Shown one piece after another: positions 49,052 through 62,800 of a DNA stretch of 64,000 nucleotides; within the stretch, counting starts at the first letter, position 1; the number at the start of each line of letters is the position of its first letter. The DNA comes from Ophelia neglecta (Eukaryota), in contig OZ260662.1 in assembly GCA_965285935.1 (NCBI GenBank), forward strand, positions 49,476,001-49,540,000. Reading direction: 5' to 3'. The notes beneath the pieces are model-generated. The model had not been told where the DNA came from and searched no databases. It worked only from the letters and a program-made list of their open reading frames with translations. Made by a program: the position numbers and the translations under genes.

Positions 49052-52000
49052 GTTGTAGGTAGTTTAATTGGGCTTGGTGCCTGAGTGCATGCAGCAGCTG
49101 TACCTAGTGGGGAGTAACTGCTATGAGAATATTTGGAAAAAGATGCAAAAAGCTGTTTACAAATATACCAGGGTTTTTTAGAATTTGGACACAACTTCTT
49201 CGTTAATCCTTTGATATATATAGGCGTATATCCGCAATATGAACAAGATTGTTATAGTGAACACAATGCCTGGTACTTGTAGTTAAACATCCGCGTGTTA
49301 CAAATTGCCACTATGTATACCTGAAGATGATTATTGATAAAAACTCTCAATAAATTAATGTTCTGAATGGAAGAGAAAAGTACAGGAGCAGCAGATTCAA
49401 TTTATTGCACAATTTTGTCCCAAATGGCGAATATATATATCAATTAAATTTATGGCTTATATAGATATCAGCGAAAATATTTAAGTATTCGACCGAGGTC
49501 GTTCATCCTTCCTGCAAAAGCAGAACTCATCAAAGTGCTAGTCAGTACAACCATGAGGCTTGAATTTTTTCTGTTTCCTGTCCACATATATTGAAACCAA
49601 ATTTTCAGTGACTGCTTAATATTGAAGAACTTTCAGATTAGATAAAGCTTATTTAAATGTGATGACCATATCTTTTGAAGAGTAAGTGTTTGGCCGGTCG
49701 CTGAAAGTTAAAATTATAGGTTACATAGTCTTAATAAATAGTCAGATTTCACGGGCTAGTTAAGTAGTACTTCACCTATATAGTATTAGTATAGGCCTGT
49801 ATACGGCATACAACAGTGGAAACGCCTCCTCCAATTTAAGCTATATAATTAAATCATATCAATTAATACGTAGTTTGAAGCAGCCCTGTGGTCATAAATT
49901 GATCCAGCAAGCGCCATTATAATCTTGTAAATGGTACTTTGGTTGGCAGATAGCGTGAGTTTTTATAGCTTTTCAAGCGTTTATTAATTTGATTGGAAGT
50001 GTGAAATATTGCAGTAGCTAGTGAGGTCTATATAATCTATTAATTCCTTATCGTACCTTATCACATGTCCTAACCTCACCAGCTGGTATGAGAAAAAAAG
50101 ATTACCAGGTAAAGTTATTTCCCATGCAGTCAAATATGATTGATGTTCATGTTGAGATCATGAAACTGCTGGCTCTAAATGATTAAGACCTAGGTACTCT
50201 GACGATGATTGAATATGTAGTATATTAGTTGGGTTTTGATATAGATTAGACAACAAGAATAGGTTTGTAATACGGTTCGATACAGGTTTATATCATTGTA
50301 GCATTGTATCATAGCAATACTGTCTTGTCACTCTCGGGAAGAAGAACATTCCCATCTCGTTATTTAACAATGTACAGTTCATTATATTCACTTCGCTGCT
50401 GTAGATATACAACGTCACGAGCAATAATCTAAATCTAAATATGTCTCTTTATATTTCCTGTTTCATTTGGTTCTCACCGAACTGCCACTCTCGAACATCA
50501 TAATATTGATTTGGGCATCCTCTTAGACTTGAGGGTAGATGTCACTTCATTCCCGCCAATTTGCCAAGTCTTACGCATGCCAGAATAGATTATTTTCCGT
50601 TGTATGTTATTGCAATTAACACCTGTCACGTATGTAGTAGCAAGCTCGTGATATGATTTATTATTTTCCGCTGATTTGTCTATCTTTCCGTCCGATAAAA
50701 CTACATTTCGCGTGTATTTGAGATAAGATTTGTTAGATAGCAATGTCACCTCTGCGTACGCCGGCGTATGACACTATAGGAGGTACAACATCTGTATCTG
50801 CGCCACATTGCCCCCCTGTCAAAAGTTACCAATGTCAGCTTGGTACATGTATCAGAGAAGGAATTCCTATCGATCTTATCAGCATAGCATTGACGGCATA
50901 AAATGGATACTCCGATCCATGTGTTTTTTTTACCATGCTCACTGTGCCAATAACCTCGAAGTTAGTGAGCAACGTAACTATAACCGTTGTGGGAAGGGTA
51001 GTGTATTTTTCTGCAAAAGAATATACATTAATTGAAATATGAATTATATTAGTTTGCATTTTGAAAGGTTTATAAAGACAATGTTTGGTGTGCCATAGTC
51101 TAACGTTACATCGTCTATTTGTTGTCATATATATGTCGACATATTGAGAAATTCACAATAAGAAAATAATTACCCTTATAATAAACTGTTTTCCTAATCG
51201 TCCTATGAGGGCAATATATAATCAAGGCGACTGTCGGCAAGCCAAAGGCGGAGATGGATGTTTAATTAACCCTAGACTGCGAAAATATCTACATTTACTG
51301 AACAATTATTGCCAGACAATAGACCAATAATGGCGACAATCCGTGGAAGATTCTCAATGAGCCGTAATTACATAGAATAATAGGGCGCCTTGTTGACAGT
51401 AAACAATGGGCTCAGACGACGTGTATTTACCAGTAGAGACAGGTAAGCAGATTAACCATGGATTCCCAGACCTGAGCCCCTTCGCTCGACTAGAGAAACA
51501 ACAAAGGTAAAGTCCCCACAAACAATTCAGTAAACAGCAGCCAGCCAGTGCTTATTTACGAGTTAATCTTATTAGGCATATTTACCTGGTTTACTGACTC
51601 CTTACCGAATTAGATATGTCTGGCAATCTCCAGAATTAAAGGGAAATAAACCTCAAATACTTTATTAATGTCTAGCGTCATTGGGTCGCAGGCGACCATA
51701 GATGCTTTAATAATTAAGGTAAAATTTATGACGTAAATTTATTATCAACACACACATTTCATATATGGAATAAATGTCTACCTTTGAAGCTCCCTACCTG
51801 ACAGTTAAGTAAATACTTACAAAATGGAGAAATAGATGCAAAATAGGGGTAATTATGATAATGAGTTTCGCCGCTGAAGAATTGCAATTTTCTTGTCATC
51901 CCCTATCAGACACCCCCTCAATGCAGCAATATTGTGGGCGACAAGCGAAGCGTGTCGACTCGCTAAAAGCCAGGTAAATATCCTTTTGGAAGTCCTCGGC

Positions 52001-52879
52001 CGGAGCCAGATTGGCCCTCAGATAGGACGACGCCACGACAGGGTCTGAGAAGACGAACCACTGATAACATCTGAAAATGGATCGAAAATGGGCCATTTTC
52101 GGAAGGTTCTCTTTGAACTGTTCACCGCTAATGCCGCTCCGCATCCATATCAACCGATGATAATCACAAAAGAAAAATGTAAAGGCTAAAATGTGGAGCA
52201 ATATGTTCGAACACAATTTAATAGCTAACCCTCGCCAGACAGTAATAATTTTATATAGGCCAATTTCTGACTTCTGTGCTGTAGGCGTATTTGGATAGTT
52301 AGAACTAAAACCACTACTTTTTTTCAAAAATAGAGGCCTAGATGATGGATGAAAAGGAAAACTAACTAATCAATTCATACAATATAGGCCTATAGATAAA
52401 CAATTGAGACTTAACAATCATCTGCTGGAAGTAACATGTATTTATTTAACATCGTAGTACATTAGCATAGTCCTAACTTGTAGCATTTAATTAGGCTATG
52501 GAGAAACCTTACATTGTCGATGTCTGTTCCATGGAACTTAGATAGACTTTAGGGGTCTCTACCCTTATCCATTGCCCAAATTAATCGTTTCATTCCTTCA
52601 GAAAAGACTTTTTTTGTCTGTCAAACAGTTTATGCACAATAAGTTCATATCTAGGCAGTGCACGTATTATTCTTCTATTTCGCCTAATCTACTCAAGTTT
52701 GATTCATCTTTAAGCGAGCGCTACTTGATTGTATTATCTTCCTATAGGAGCGAAAAGTTTTTCCTGAAGTTAATACAAGTTTAGGGCCCGGTAGACACAG
52801 CACTGGTGTCAGAAATGTGTATTCTCCGTCTGATTCGAAAATAATCGAACTAATCCGATCTAGATATTCATTATCTGAT

Positions 52880-53500
52880 AGCCCTTGGGCCATATGCGGG
52901 CCCCGAACGAGCTTGATTGTTTTGAATTGAGCTTAATCAGCAGACGACATCAGCTGGAGCCTGTAAGTACTACAATCCACGAGGCCTTCACGACTGACAG
53001 CAAATTACTCGCTATCGCTGGGCCCGCCAAAGAGGCGCCTCGATCTCTAGCTGGACCAGCTACACATAACACGGTCAATATTCTGCTTAAGCTCCGCCTT
53101 CCACTGTTAATAGACCCTCACTGCCATCAAAACACTCGACCATAGTTCAAAATCGAGAGATTAGAAACCTGCGGACCCACAACAAGGTTTGAAAGATCTA
53201 ACATCCGCGCGACTATTGAAAGCGCTTCTCAAGTCAAGGCTCCAGCGAGAGTGAGATAGTCTCCCGACACAGTTCGCTAGCAGACGACAGTCGACCAAAC
53301 AACACGAGAGGCTACAGTCACGACCGTTCAGCTCTCTAAGCATATTGCTTAAAACCTCAGGAACATCTACTTTCATCGTTTAGCAGAATGTGAATAGCTG
53401 AAATATGATTCAGCTTAACCGAAATCTGTCTTAAGTTTTGTCTATAGCGACAAAGAATTGGCATTAGGAGCGTTTTTGTTTCTCAGGTCGGCAGTCCGTT
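52880..53500 (+). promoter_or_regulatory. CpG-rich putative promoter/5' UTR of the third gene
   Basis: Dense CpG and GC-box-like motifs immediately upstream of the signal-peptide exon. Confidence 0.35.
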
Positions 53501-53769
53501 AAACGCTGATACGGAGAGTGCATTCAGCCCGTATTATCGCCACAAACGTAGTACTCCGGGTTCTAGTGTAGGCTTACGACCAGAACAAGGAGAATACTTG
53601 CCCAAACTACAGGATCTTGGTGAAGTTGCCAATGTTGAAGTTAAACAACATGTAAAAGGGCTTAATCATTCAGCAGATAGAAAACCCTTGTCCACTTGTG
53701 AGTACCTATAGCAACAATATTGGATATACCAGGATGAAATTGGACGTCTGATACAGACAGTTGTTGTGA

Positions 53770-53842
53770 ATGCTTTTTTGGACGATGGAACACTTGGCAG
53801 TTGTCGCTGTGGGACTTCTTCTATGGCTGTCTCATTGTGAAG
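53770..53842 (+). CDS. first coding exon (signal peptide) of an unidentified secreted or membrane protein, 3'-partial
   Basis: In-frame TGA then ATG; MLFWTMEHLAVVAVGLLLWLSHCE(G) with alternative ATG at 53785; strong phase-1 donor AAG|GTAAGA; no matching exon 2 found by 64000. Confidence 0.6.
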
Positions 53843-56800
53843 GTAAGATTTATTATATTTTTAAGTTTGTTGAAATGTGTTAACAGTGTGTTGTTTAGAT
53901 ATAATGTGGAAAGAATTCTGCACGACAACCACATAAGCAAGTTCCAGTCTTTTTCAAACATTGGTTGAGGTGTTTAGTAAGCCTACAGATATATATTTTA
54001 ACACTGTCCTCTAAGCTCCAGAATATAACTCATGAATCGTTCAGGGATTTCCATGTCATAAAAATTTTGGCCTTAAAGAAGATTGCAAACAACGGCCAAT
54101 GGTTTTATAAACTCATAATTTTTTTGTACTGTTTTACAAACACATCGGGAATAACACGATGAGCTTCAACACAGCATACCAGAGGGTAAAAAAGGGAATG
54201 TTTTGAACATCGAGTGGTGGGGAGCTCTGCGAGTCTAGTTGCGCCAATCCACAGCTGTTTCACACAGTAGAATTACTTATAAATTGAATTTATTAAGGTT
54301 TTAATGTTTGGGTGAGCAAAACTTTGAGGGTACTAAGCCCTCTTTTGGCAAACATTAACCTCTAATTGACTTCAAGCTTGGCGCAATGATAAAGTCTCTT
54401 CATGTCTGACAGTTGAAGTGGAAAGTTAACATAAGTTTGAGTCGTGTTTCTGAGTGCTGACTATACATACGTATTAGGTTAGTTCATCAAGAGATGAAAA
54501 ATAAGTAGTGGTTGTAATGTCTTAGGTCCCTGTGCCACTTGTTGTCCACCATTGTTACCGTGTAGTGTATTTATTATTATGTAGTGTACTTATTAAGTAC
54601 ACTCGACTAAGGGGATTTTATACTTGGTTTTGTTAGGCATTCAATTTGAAGAGGGGTAACCAAACCAAGAAAAATGACCGGACTGCGTGTTATGTGCCAC
54701 CCAGGCATGAAGCGACGAAACAACAGCCAGATATGTCTAAGCCAGCATCATGCTTCTACTTTACAACTGTATTGTCCTTATTGCATTCCAAGATCCCTCT
54801 TTTACACCAGCTCGCAATTTGTAAAGCTACCACGCTTCTGTACTCTACTGTCTCGGTCATGAGAGATACCTTAACAAATATTAGATCAAACCCTTCAGAT
54901 GGAAAATCGCCACAAATGAGAGGGAGTCGGTGTACAAAACGTTCAGTCTGTTTCCCACAATAGCGCTTTAGATGGTAATATCAACTAAACAGCGGGACAT
55001 CTTTGTGAATCGCGACGAACATTGAATTCCCATTTCGTCTCACATCCGACATGCCTACTTTCATTGACCTTTTTAGTTCACTTCTTGTCGAAGGCTGGGC
55101 TCACAAGCACTTTAAGTATGCACACCCAGCGCGAAAACAAACGTAAAATGACAGTCTGAAGAGTACCAGAATACATTAACATTGAAATGCTTGACAATCT
55201 GCTCTAACCTGCCTTCTGTCGTTTACCCAAATAGACCTCTGTCATTTCTCTCACAATTCAGTGAATAGCGCCTGTTTAAATCTAAATATTCTCCCTTCAC
55301 GTTGACGTATAATGTATAGGTTGAATGCCCAACGATAATTTGATGTGGAGTCGAAGGAATTGATTTGTTATATATATTATCAATCTCTTATCCGATTGCT
55401 CAAGAGCTCTTATGATAATCCTAAATACTTAATTACAAACTGATACCTGGATATATGTTGTATATGTTTAGGATTATGAACGGGGTTAGGCCACTTGTCT
55501 GGAGCTTATCAAGTTCAAAGCAAGCAAGGATTCCTCTAAATCATGTTTAATATCATGCAATGTCAATTTCAACTAAGAAGTAGAACTGTCCATACTCGCT
55601 GAAGTAAATTGGCCCTTGAAATTACATAATTATAACTCCGGCCGGCTTATTTCGCATTGCATCAATTGTTGGGTAAGCTCAGAACTTGATACCTTTAATT
55701 ATTAACTGTTAATTGTTGTCTCATTTGCTTAAGGACGACCTTTTTATAACTAAAGTTTAAAGTTTTTGCAATCTCTGTTGATTGTCCTACAGTGTAGCAA
55801 TAGTTACCTGAACAGCAGACTTAAATGAGGACTGGCCTTCGATAACCCCAGATCTCGAAGTCCACGCGAGCGCCAAGTCTCGTACCCATTTCTACAGTCT
55901 TTTGTCACATTGATTGGAAGTTAATGTGTATGCGTATCATTTCTAAATCATTTGCCAAGTGTAGCTTGTCCCGGTCGAGAACCCACTTGAAAAATCCCTA
56001 GACATTAATAACAGGCAAGTGACACCAGACCGCGCGGTAACCCCTCACCAGTTCTTCCAACTTCCCTCGAGTTTATTGTAAGTCGATATACACAGTTCTT
56101 TCTCTAATCAGTCCATTGTCTAGAGTTTTCTGACTCTTTATGTATATTTAATCGATTTATACCAATTTCTTGCCCTGTCGTTCACGCGATGCACTTCTGC
56201 TGGAGTGTTCTGATAAGGGTGTCGTTGGGTTTCGCTTGCCTCGCTGGAGGTTCTTTTTTTCGTAGTGCAAGACGTTTTTCTGGCTTTTTTTACACTGTGT
56301 ATTTTACCAATGTAAATTGTACCGAGAACAGCCCCACAAAACCAGCCGCCAATCTTACAAACATATCGCTATATATGCTACACATGTTGTCTCAAGTGTC
56401 TACCGTTTATATTACAAAAGTTAACAATTTACAGAGAATTTCAACTTTCTGTAAATGTTTATGTACCTTGTGTCTAATGCAAGGCCGACAATGGAACCAG
56501 CTCAGTCCAAGCAAATGAAAAGTTATTGACAGGTAATGTCGCGTGTCTAAGTAAATATTGACCGAGACTGATTTCAGAATATTAGCCAAAGAAACACCAA
56601 ACACTTGAATGATACCCATCCGAGCGGAGCGGTGTCCTTAACGCGGAAACATGTTAAGTGAAAGTCAGGGACAAGCCGGGTTTTGCCTTCTAACCGCCGT
56701 TTTGTCCGCTGTTTACCTAGCGACTTTTAGCTGTATTTATTATCAAACAGCTAAGTCTTGTGTTCACAAGGCCTCTCATGCATATACGTGAATATCGTAA

Positions 56801-59800
56801 GTTCGAATAGGCCTACATGTGTGAACTTAAATTGATAAACTTATAAATTAAAAATCTTAAATGGAATTTTTCGCGATAATTTATCCCTTCCTAATTATAA
56901 CAATGAACTGTGAATGACTATCGTCCGATGAAAACTTCAGATATAAGAATGATTAACTTCACCGTTAGCCAAAAAAAATCACTGAAATTGATGGCGTTTT
57001 GCTATCATTGTGCAATCTACCGAAAAAAACTGACAGAACTAAACGTGAAATTTAGTGACTTTGATTAGGCCTACAGTGTAATCATTGTGCATTCGGTCTA
57101 AACATCGTTTTCTGCTGACTGTTTACACTTATGAAGGAATTTGAATGCAAAACATTTCAAGTGGCAATTGTTTTCTTTCTTTAATACAGACCTTTATCTC
57201 AAAGGTCATGAGAAACAATGTCGTCTGCTCGTTTTGTTAAGTTGCTGATGTTTCAAATGAGTCGCATGGAAAATATCAAGTTTTTTTCTAAGAACAAGAA
57301 GGTAATATTTGCATTTTTGCGACGGTCGTGTTCAATCATTCTAATTTGCGCCGGAGATCCGTTGAGGCAGAAAGTGACACATCTTCTCGGAAGTGCCTTG
57401 GCGGAAATCCAGCCTCTCGATTTATTGACTCCCAGAGTGTCGTTCTCTGCCCCCTCCAGTCAATTTGAATTCAAATCTGTTAATTGTCTGCTTTGTTATT
57501 GATCTTGATCTCAGCATTTTGTCTTCTTTGTTTCGATGAGAACGAGTTTTTTCGGCTGTCTATGAGAAGTTGTTTTTACAGCGTTCCAGCGATTAGCACG
57601 CAAATACATATCAGCCTACATGAAAAGGGAAATAGGCTTAAGGGCCTACCTGAAAACGGTAAACGATGTTCGTGCTCAGTTTTACCTACTGAACATTAGT
57701 ATAATGTGACAAAAGTATTTGGTTGGGTCGTTATATATTATATAATTATATATCTATTTCTCATTATCTAAAAACACACAAACATTCATGTTCATGTATA
57801 TATAGATGCCTAATTACTCCGTCCCATCTTTATGTCGCATTATAATGGTGCATCACATTTCAGAGACTGTTTTTTCCTCTATAGAATGTGTTGAAGTGGC
57901 TGTGATATATAATATGTTTTTGACGGTATCACCTGAATATTAAGACATATATTCAGCGTACACCAGCCGAGGACCAGCCAATGTGATATTCAATATAGGC
58001 TTGTCTTCAGTTGCCAATAGTGGCGCTGAAACTTGAGCCTGTGGCTAATGTCAAGGTATGCTCTAGTAACGAACATAATTACAGGTAAAGACGGGCAATT
58101 TTCTCATCGCGGTCCTCACGGGCCTTTGTCGCATTCAAACCACTTCAATGTTGTTCATACCAGCGCCGGGGGCAATTGAAATATCAGTATATTAAGCATG
58201 AAGTTCGCTCATCTACCAGTCTTTCCATGCCATCTCGTTAACAACTGTTTAATGCATGCTTACGAGAGATTTAGTAACATCACATTTTAACTGTTCTGAG
58301 GCCTTCAATTCGGCCATAGCCGGACTGAATAGCTTTTGTCCGGAGCTGAATGACGGGTACTGAGCTATTCATATTATTTACTTTGGTTAGCTTTATCAGT
58401 CAACAGCTAAAATAGATTTAGATTCTGTTCATTTTCAAGCCGGAATTTAGTCGTGAACACTTGGTCTGTTTCAATCCCATAAAATATAAACAGTCACTGT
58501 ATGTACTGTGCAAGAGAATGTGGCCAGATTTTACCAAAGCTACTTGGTGGTGCTTAAACCTGACATTTGGCGCGCATGTTTTGCCAGAGTTGACCCTTTT
58601 TGTAACAAAATTGGAGCCAAGGTGATTGATAGCAATTGGAGCTGTCTTAGGGAGTTTAGTGTGAGGGGTTGCCGGTCTCCCCCGTGCCAGGGGTGAGGGT
58701 CGGGGTGGGCGGTGTACGGGCTGGCTGGCTACCAAGGACTAGGGAACTGTCAGCTCTCCTCTCCTCTAACTCCTCAACACAAACCAGAACCACCAGCCAG
58801 CCCACAACCAACAGTCTCTCCGCTATCACATGGCCCCCACCCTATCTCAAGTATTTGAAAATCTTTTCTTGTTCTGAGCCATTAGCATATCTCGGTTGTG
58901 CGGTAGACGTGGAGAGTTCTGATTAGATTCTCCTACGTTAGACAGTACAAAACCGAAGCCATCAAAAGGTAGCCAAAGCACACTTGTGTTTTGACCCAAC
59001 TACTTCGATCTATGACTGGCTCCTTCAACTTTGCTTGGGAACGTAGAACTTGACTCGCTGTTTTTCCTATGATTTTATCATTGTTTAGACTGATACTGGG
59101 ACTAAATCCTTCCCTCTTGATTGAGCTAATAGCACCTCTCCAGACTTGATTATATCATTCCACTCTTTACTGACAATTGTGTATTAGTCTGACATAACAT
59201 GATTTGGTTCAGGTAGATGCAAAAGCGGTTTCATATTACAAGGTCATAACAGAAGAATTTACTACAGGGGCCATTAATTTCGCCTATCTCCCATCTGTCA
59301 TCGCGCCAGTATAATTTGGGGGTTCGGCTCTCTCTATGTACATAGCCTGACGATGAATACTCTACCCGGGGCAGTGAAGAAAGAGATGTGACCATTAGGG
59401 GACCACTTTTCATTGTTCCCACGTGTGTTCCGGGCATTTTACACCGACCTCGTAATTACCACAGGCATGGGATGCCTAGCACCTGTATACCTATGACATA
59501 CAGGCTCTACTGTCATCTGGTCCGTTTATCATCTTCGGTGTTTGAAGAGATGTACACAAACTAGCTACATTAACTAATGTTCAATGGGGTACCCTTTCAG
59601 GATAGTCTGTAGGCTTAGAATCGAGAGTTTAACACTGCTTGGCGAGGAAGATTTTGCACAGTCTGAAGTTGGCTTGCCGTGGAACCATGATGTGAAGCCA
59701 ATATTCAAGCTAGTGCAATGTAGTCATGTTATATTATACTGTCATAAAGACACCCAAGCTCTCTTAGCCATGTTCAATTAGCGATGTAATGGTAGGTAGT

Positions 59801-62800
59801 TTTAGTTGGCCCGTGTAAATGAGGCGAGACGCCCTAGGAGACAGGGTGTCAGTCGAGGGGCGCGGGTGGGAGCCCGGCGCCTCAACGGGCCCTCTGCCCG
59901 CGTGCCCGCTACCAATTAACGGGGCAGGCAGATCTCCTGATGCCGGAATTCTTCAGATAACCGGCAACGAAATCCGCAGATTAAGTTATCTGCTGGGCTT
60001 TCAGCGGGGTTCAGACGGCGCCGGCCCGAGAGGCGTGCAAGCCGGTTGTCTCCGGCGAGCGGGGTTCCTCGCTCCCGAGAGAGGGCGAGAGGAGAGCCGT
60101 CTACTCCTGATAGTTGGCGTGGAGTACCAGGAAAATAAAGTTTTACATGTTATTTGTCATCATCTTGATTATACCATCATTGTGGCCAAGAAAGCCGGAA
60201 CAAATGAAGCATATACATTTTACAATTCGCGTAGTCTAAATAAGCTGTTCCTATAATAAATTTTACCAATAGTCCTATAGGCTACTTAATATAGATCGGT
60301 GCACCTGAGTTAGCCGAATAGAATTTTTTAAGCAGATCTGACATTCCCCCCTCGGTCATGTACAAGGAGTGCTAGACATGAACTCAAAACTGTTGTTTAG
60401 CTGTGTCGAGTGCGGCCATAACTCTGATTAGAAATACAAACATCGGCATCGACCTATGATTTCATTATACGGCATTAGGTAACTTGTCTGTAAACATACC
60501 TGATAATGAAAACAAGCGCAGACGATGGAGGCCGGATAATCTTCCCTTGATAGACTCCCGCCATCGATTTCCGAGCAGACGAACAGCGGAGACATGATAG
60601 AACCATTGTCGGCGGTGCTACCCACCTTACGGCATCTCTCTTGGTTACTGTTTACTGGTTAATAAGTGCAGTGGATTTTGTTGAAAACCTTACTTGCGCG
60701 ATGGGGGGGGGGGACTTTCCAAATATAGCACGGGTTTCTAGTGATGAAATATGCACACCGGAGAGTTCATGACAGGTGCATATTCATTTGATTAAGTAGG
60801 GCCTATTAATAATTGATCAAATATTGGAAATTCACCTTGGAATTCAAGGTCATGATTATACTTATTGGACCAGTTAAAATTGACTGTACAAAGGGCTCGA
60901 CGTAACGAAGCCACAAGCGAGCAGACGACAACCGTCACCCAGCCGATGTTTCTAAATATTAATCATAATCTGACTCAGAGCCCCTTGAAGTGGAATTAAT
61001 TATCCATTTGTTTCCCTCTTTAGTCAGTGACCAATCGCAAAGAGAGGGTGGTCCACTTCCTGGGATCAGAGTAGAAATATGATGCTGGGCTCTTTTACCA
61101 ACTAAATATCTCCTCAGTGAAAGTTTGCAGCCCCACTGAGTTTGTTTCTACATATTGGCAGACTCCTAAGGTCGATGTCCCAACAACAGCAGTCAGTTCG
61201 GATGCTGTCTGTCTCCTGTTGTCATAATGGCATATAGATCTAACGATTGATCCACACAGTATTCAAGTCTATCCTTTCAATAATTTTGTTACCACCAATA
61301 TTTTATGAGTACTGCTCGGTGTTTTGCACCACGCTATTGGGAAAGTTTTGTCTGTTTGGTTAATCTACATTGAATTTATTATCTTCCTGGTTTTCTGTCA
61401 TAATCAGCTGTGAGAGTGGTTTGGGATTTATTTATGCATTTTTGTATAGACTGAACACATCTGTGACTTCAGCTATTGGGAGTTGTCCTGGGGTTATTAA
61501 GTTAGATTTATGTGTCGTGTCGATACCGGGCGGGAGAGATGGAGGTGGAAAATTCTTCCCAGTGGGTTGTGGGCTGGAGCACGCCTTTCTCTCCATGAGG
61601 TCCCAATCAAAAGATGCAAGTGTACGTTTATCACGGCCATACTGGTCTCAGAAATGACATGCACTACTCTGTTCAAACTAGTCGCAGATAGCTCATAAAC
61701 TATAAAAAAATCACGATCTTGATTTGAATTTGTCGTTGAATTAAAATTCCCCGCCTTACCAAGACAACTAACGCACGAAGTACACGAGCTGGGCAGGAAA
61801 TAATTGGAAGGAGTAATCACGCAAAACAGCACGAGGTTCTCATTCCCTGTAGCAGTTTTACATCGCTTTTCGTCATTTGATCATGTTTAGGTTTTGGCAA
61901 AGGTGCCCAGGACTTTTGTCTTGACTTATCTTACAAATCAATTTTGACTCGTTGCTATTTTTGCGGCTGTTCGTGCAAGCTATGCCCTTTAAATTAAGCT
62001 GTTTCTCCGACATGTTGACTCGTCGGTTTGCCACTTTGAGCTCTAACTCGAAGCGACAAGCCGAAGGCTGGGAGGCGAGCAGAGTAAAGCACTTCATCGA
62101 CGAGACATAAACACTTATCCCCGACGTAGAAATACGGGTTAAGGCATGCGGAGCACATCAAGAAGTTCTCCAGAGCGGAGCCAGGACTCCTCGAAGGTAA
62201 TACTCGAGCGAGAGCGGCGTGCCTTCACATGTAAGTAACTGTCCAGCTTCACCAACTCCTCTATCAATCACCAGGTGCAGGCATTCTTCTGGCGAGACCC
62301 GGGAACTCCCGTTTGGTGCGAGATCAGCAATCTCCATGTCTAGGCCAACACCAGACGACAGCTTTCAAACTGAACCATCAGGCCACCATCTTAAAACTGG
62401 CTGCCAAATGGCAAGCTTTTATTCGCGGAACTTACTTCAAAATGGCTGGCTCACAACTTTATGGTCGTTTTGTTAGCCTTGACACAGTGACTTACGACTC
62501 TCGCAAAACTTCTTGACGGTTTCATGGGTTGCTTGACTCTAGTCAAAAGACATCATTTTAGATGCAAACGAATCACATTGATGGCTGGCAGGACATTTGT
62601 CATAGCTTATCAGATCTAGTTACACGTCGTGGTTTTACTCTTTACCCGTTTACAATTTATAACGAAATGATAGCGCTACCAATTATGGCGCCAGGTAATA
62701 ATTAGATTCCGGCCTAAATGTTTGCCAGAACATGCTCCAGTGCGTTGAGAGACGTGTGTTTAAATTTATTGTTCACTTCGATATAGGTTAGGCCCTACAT

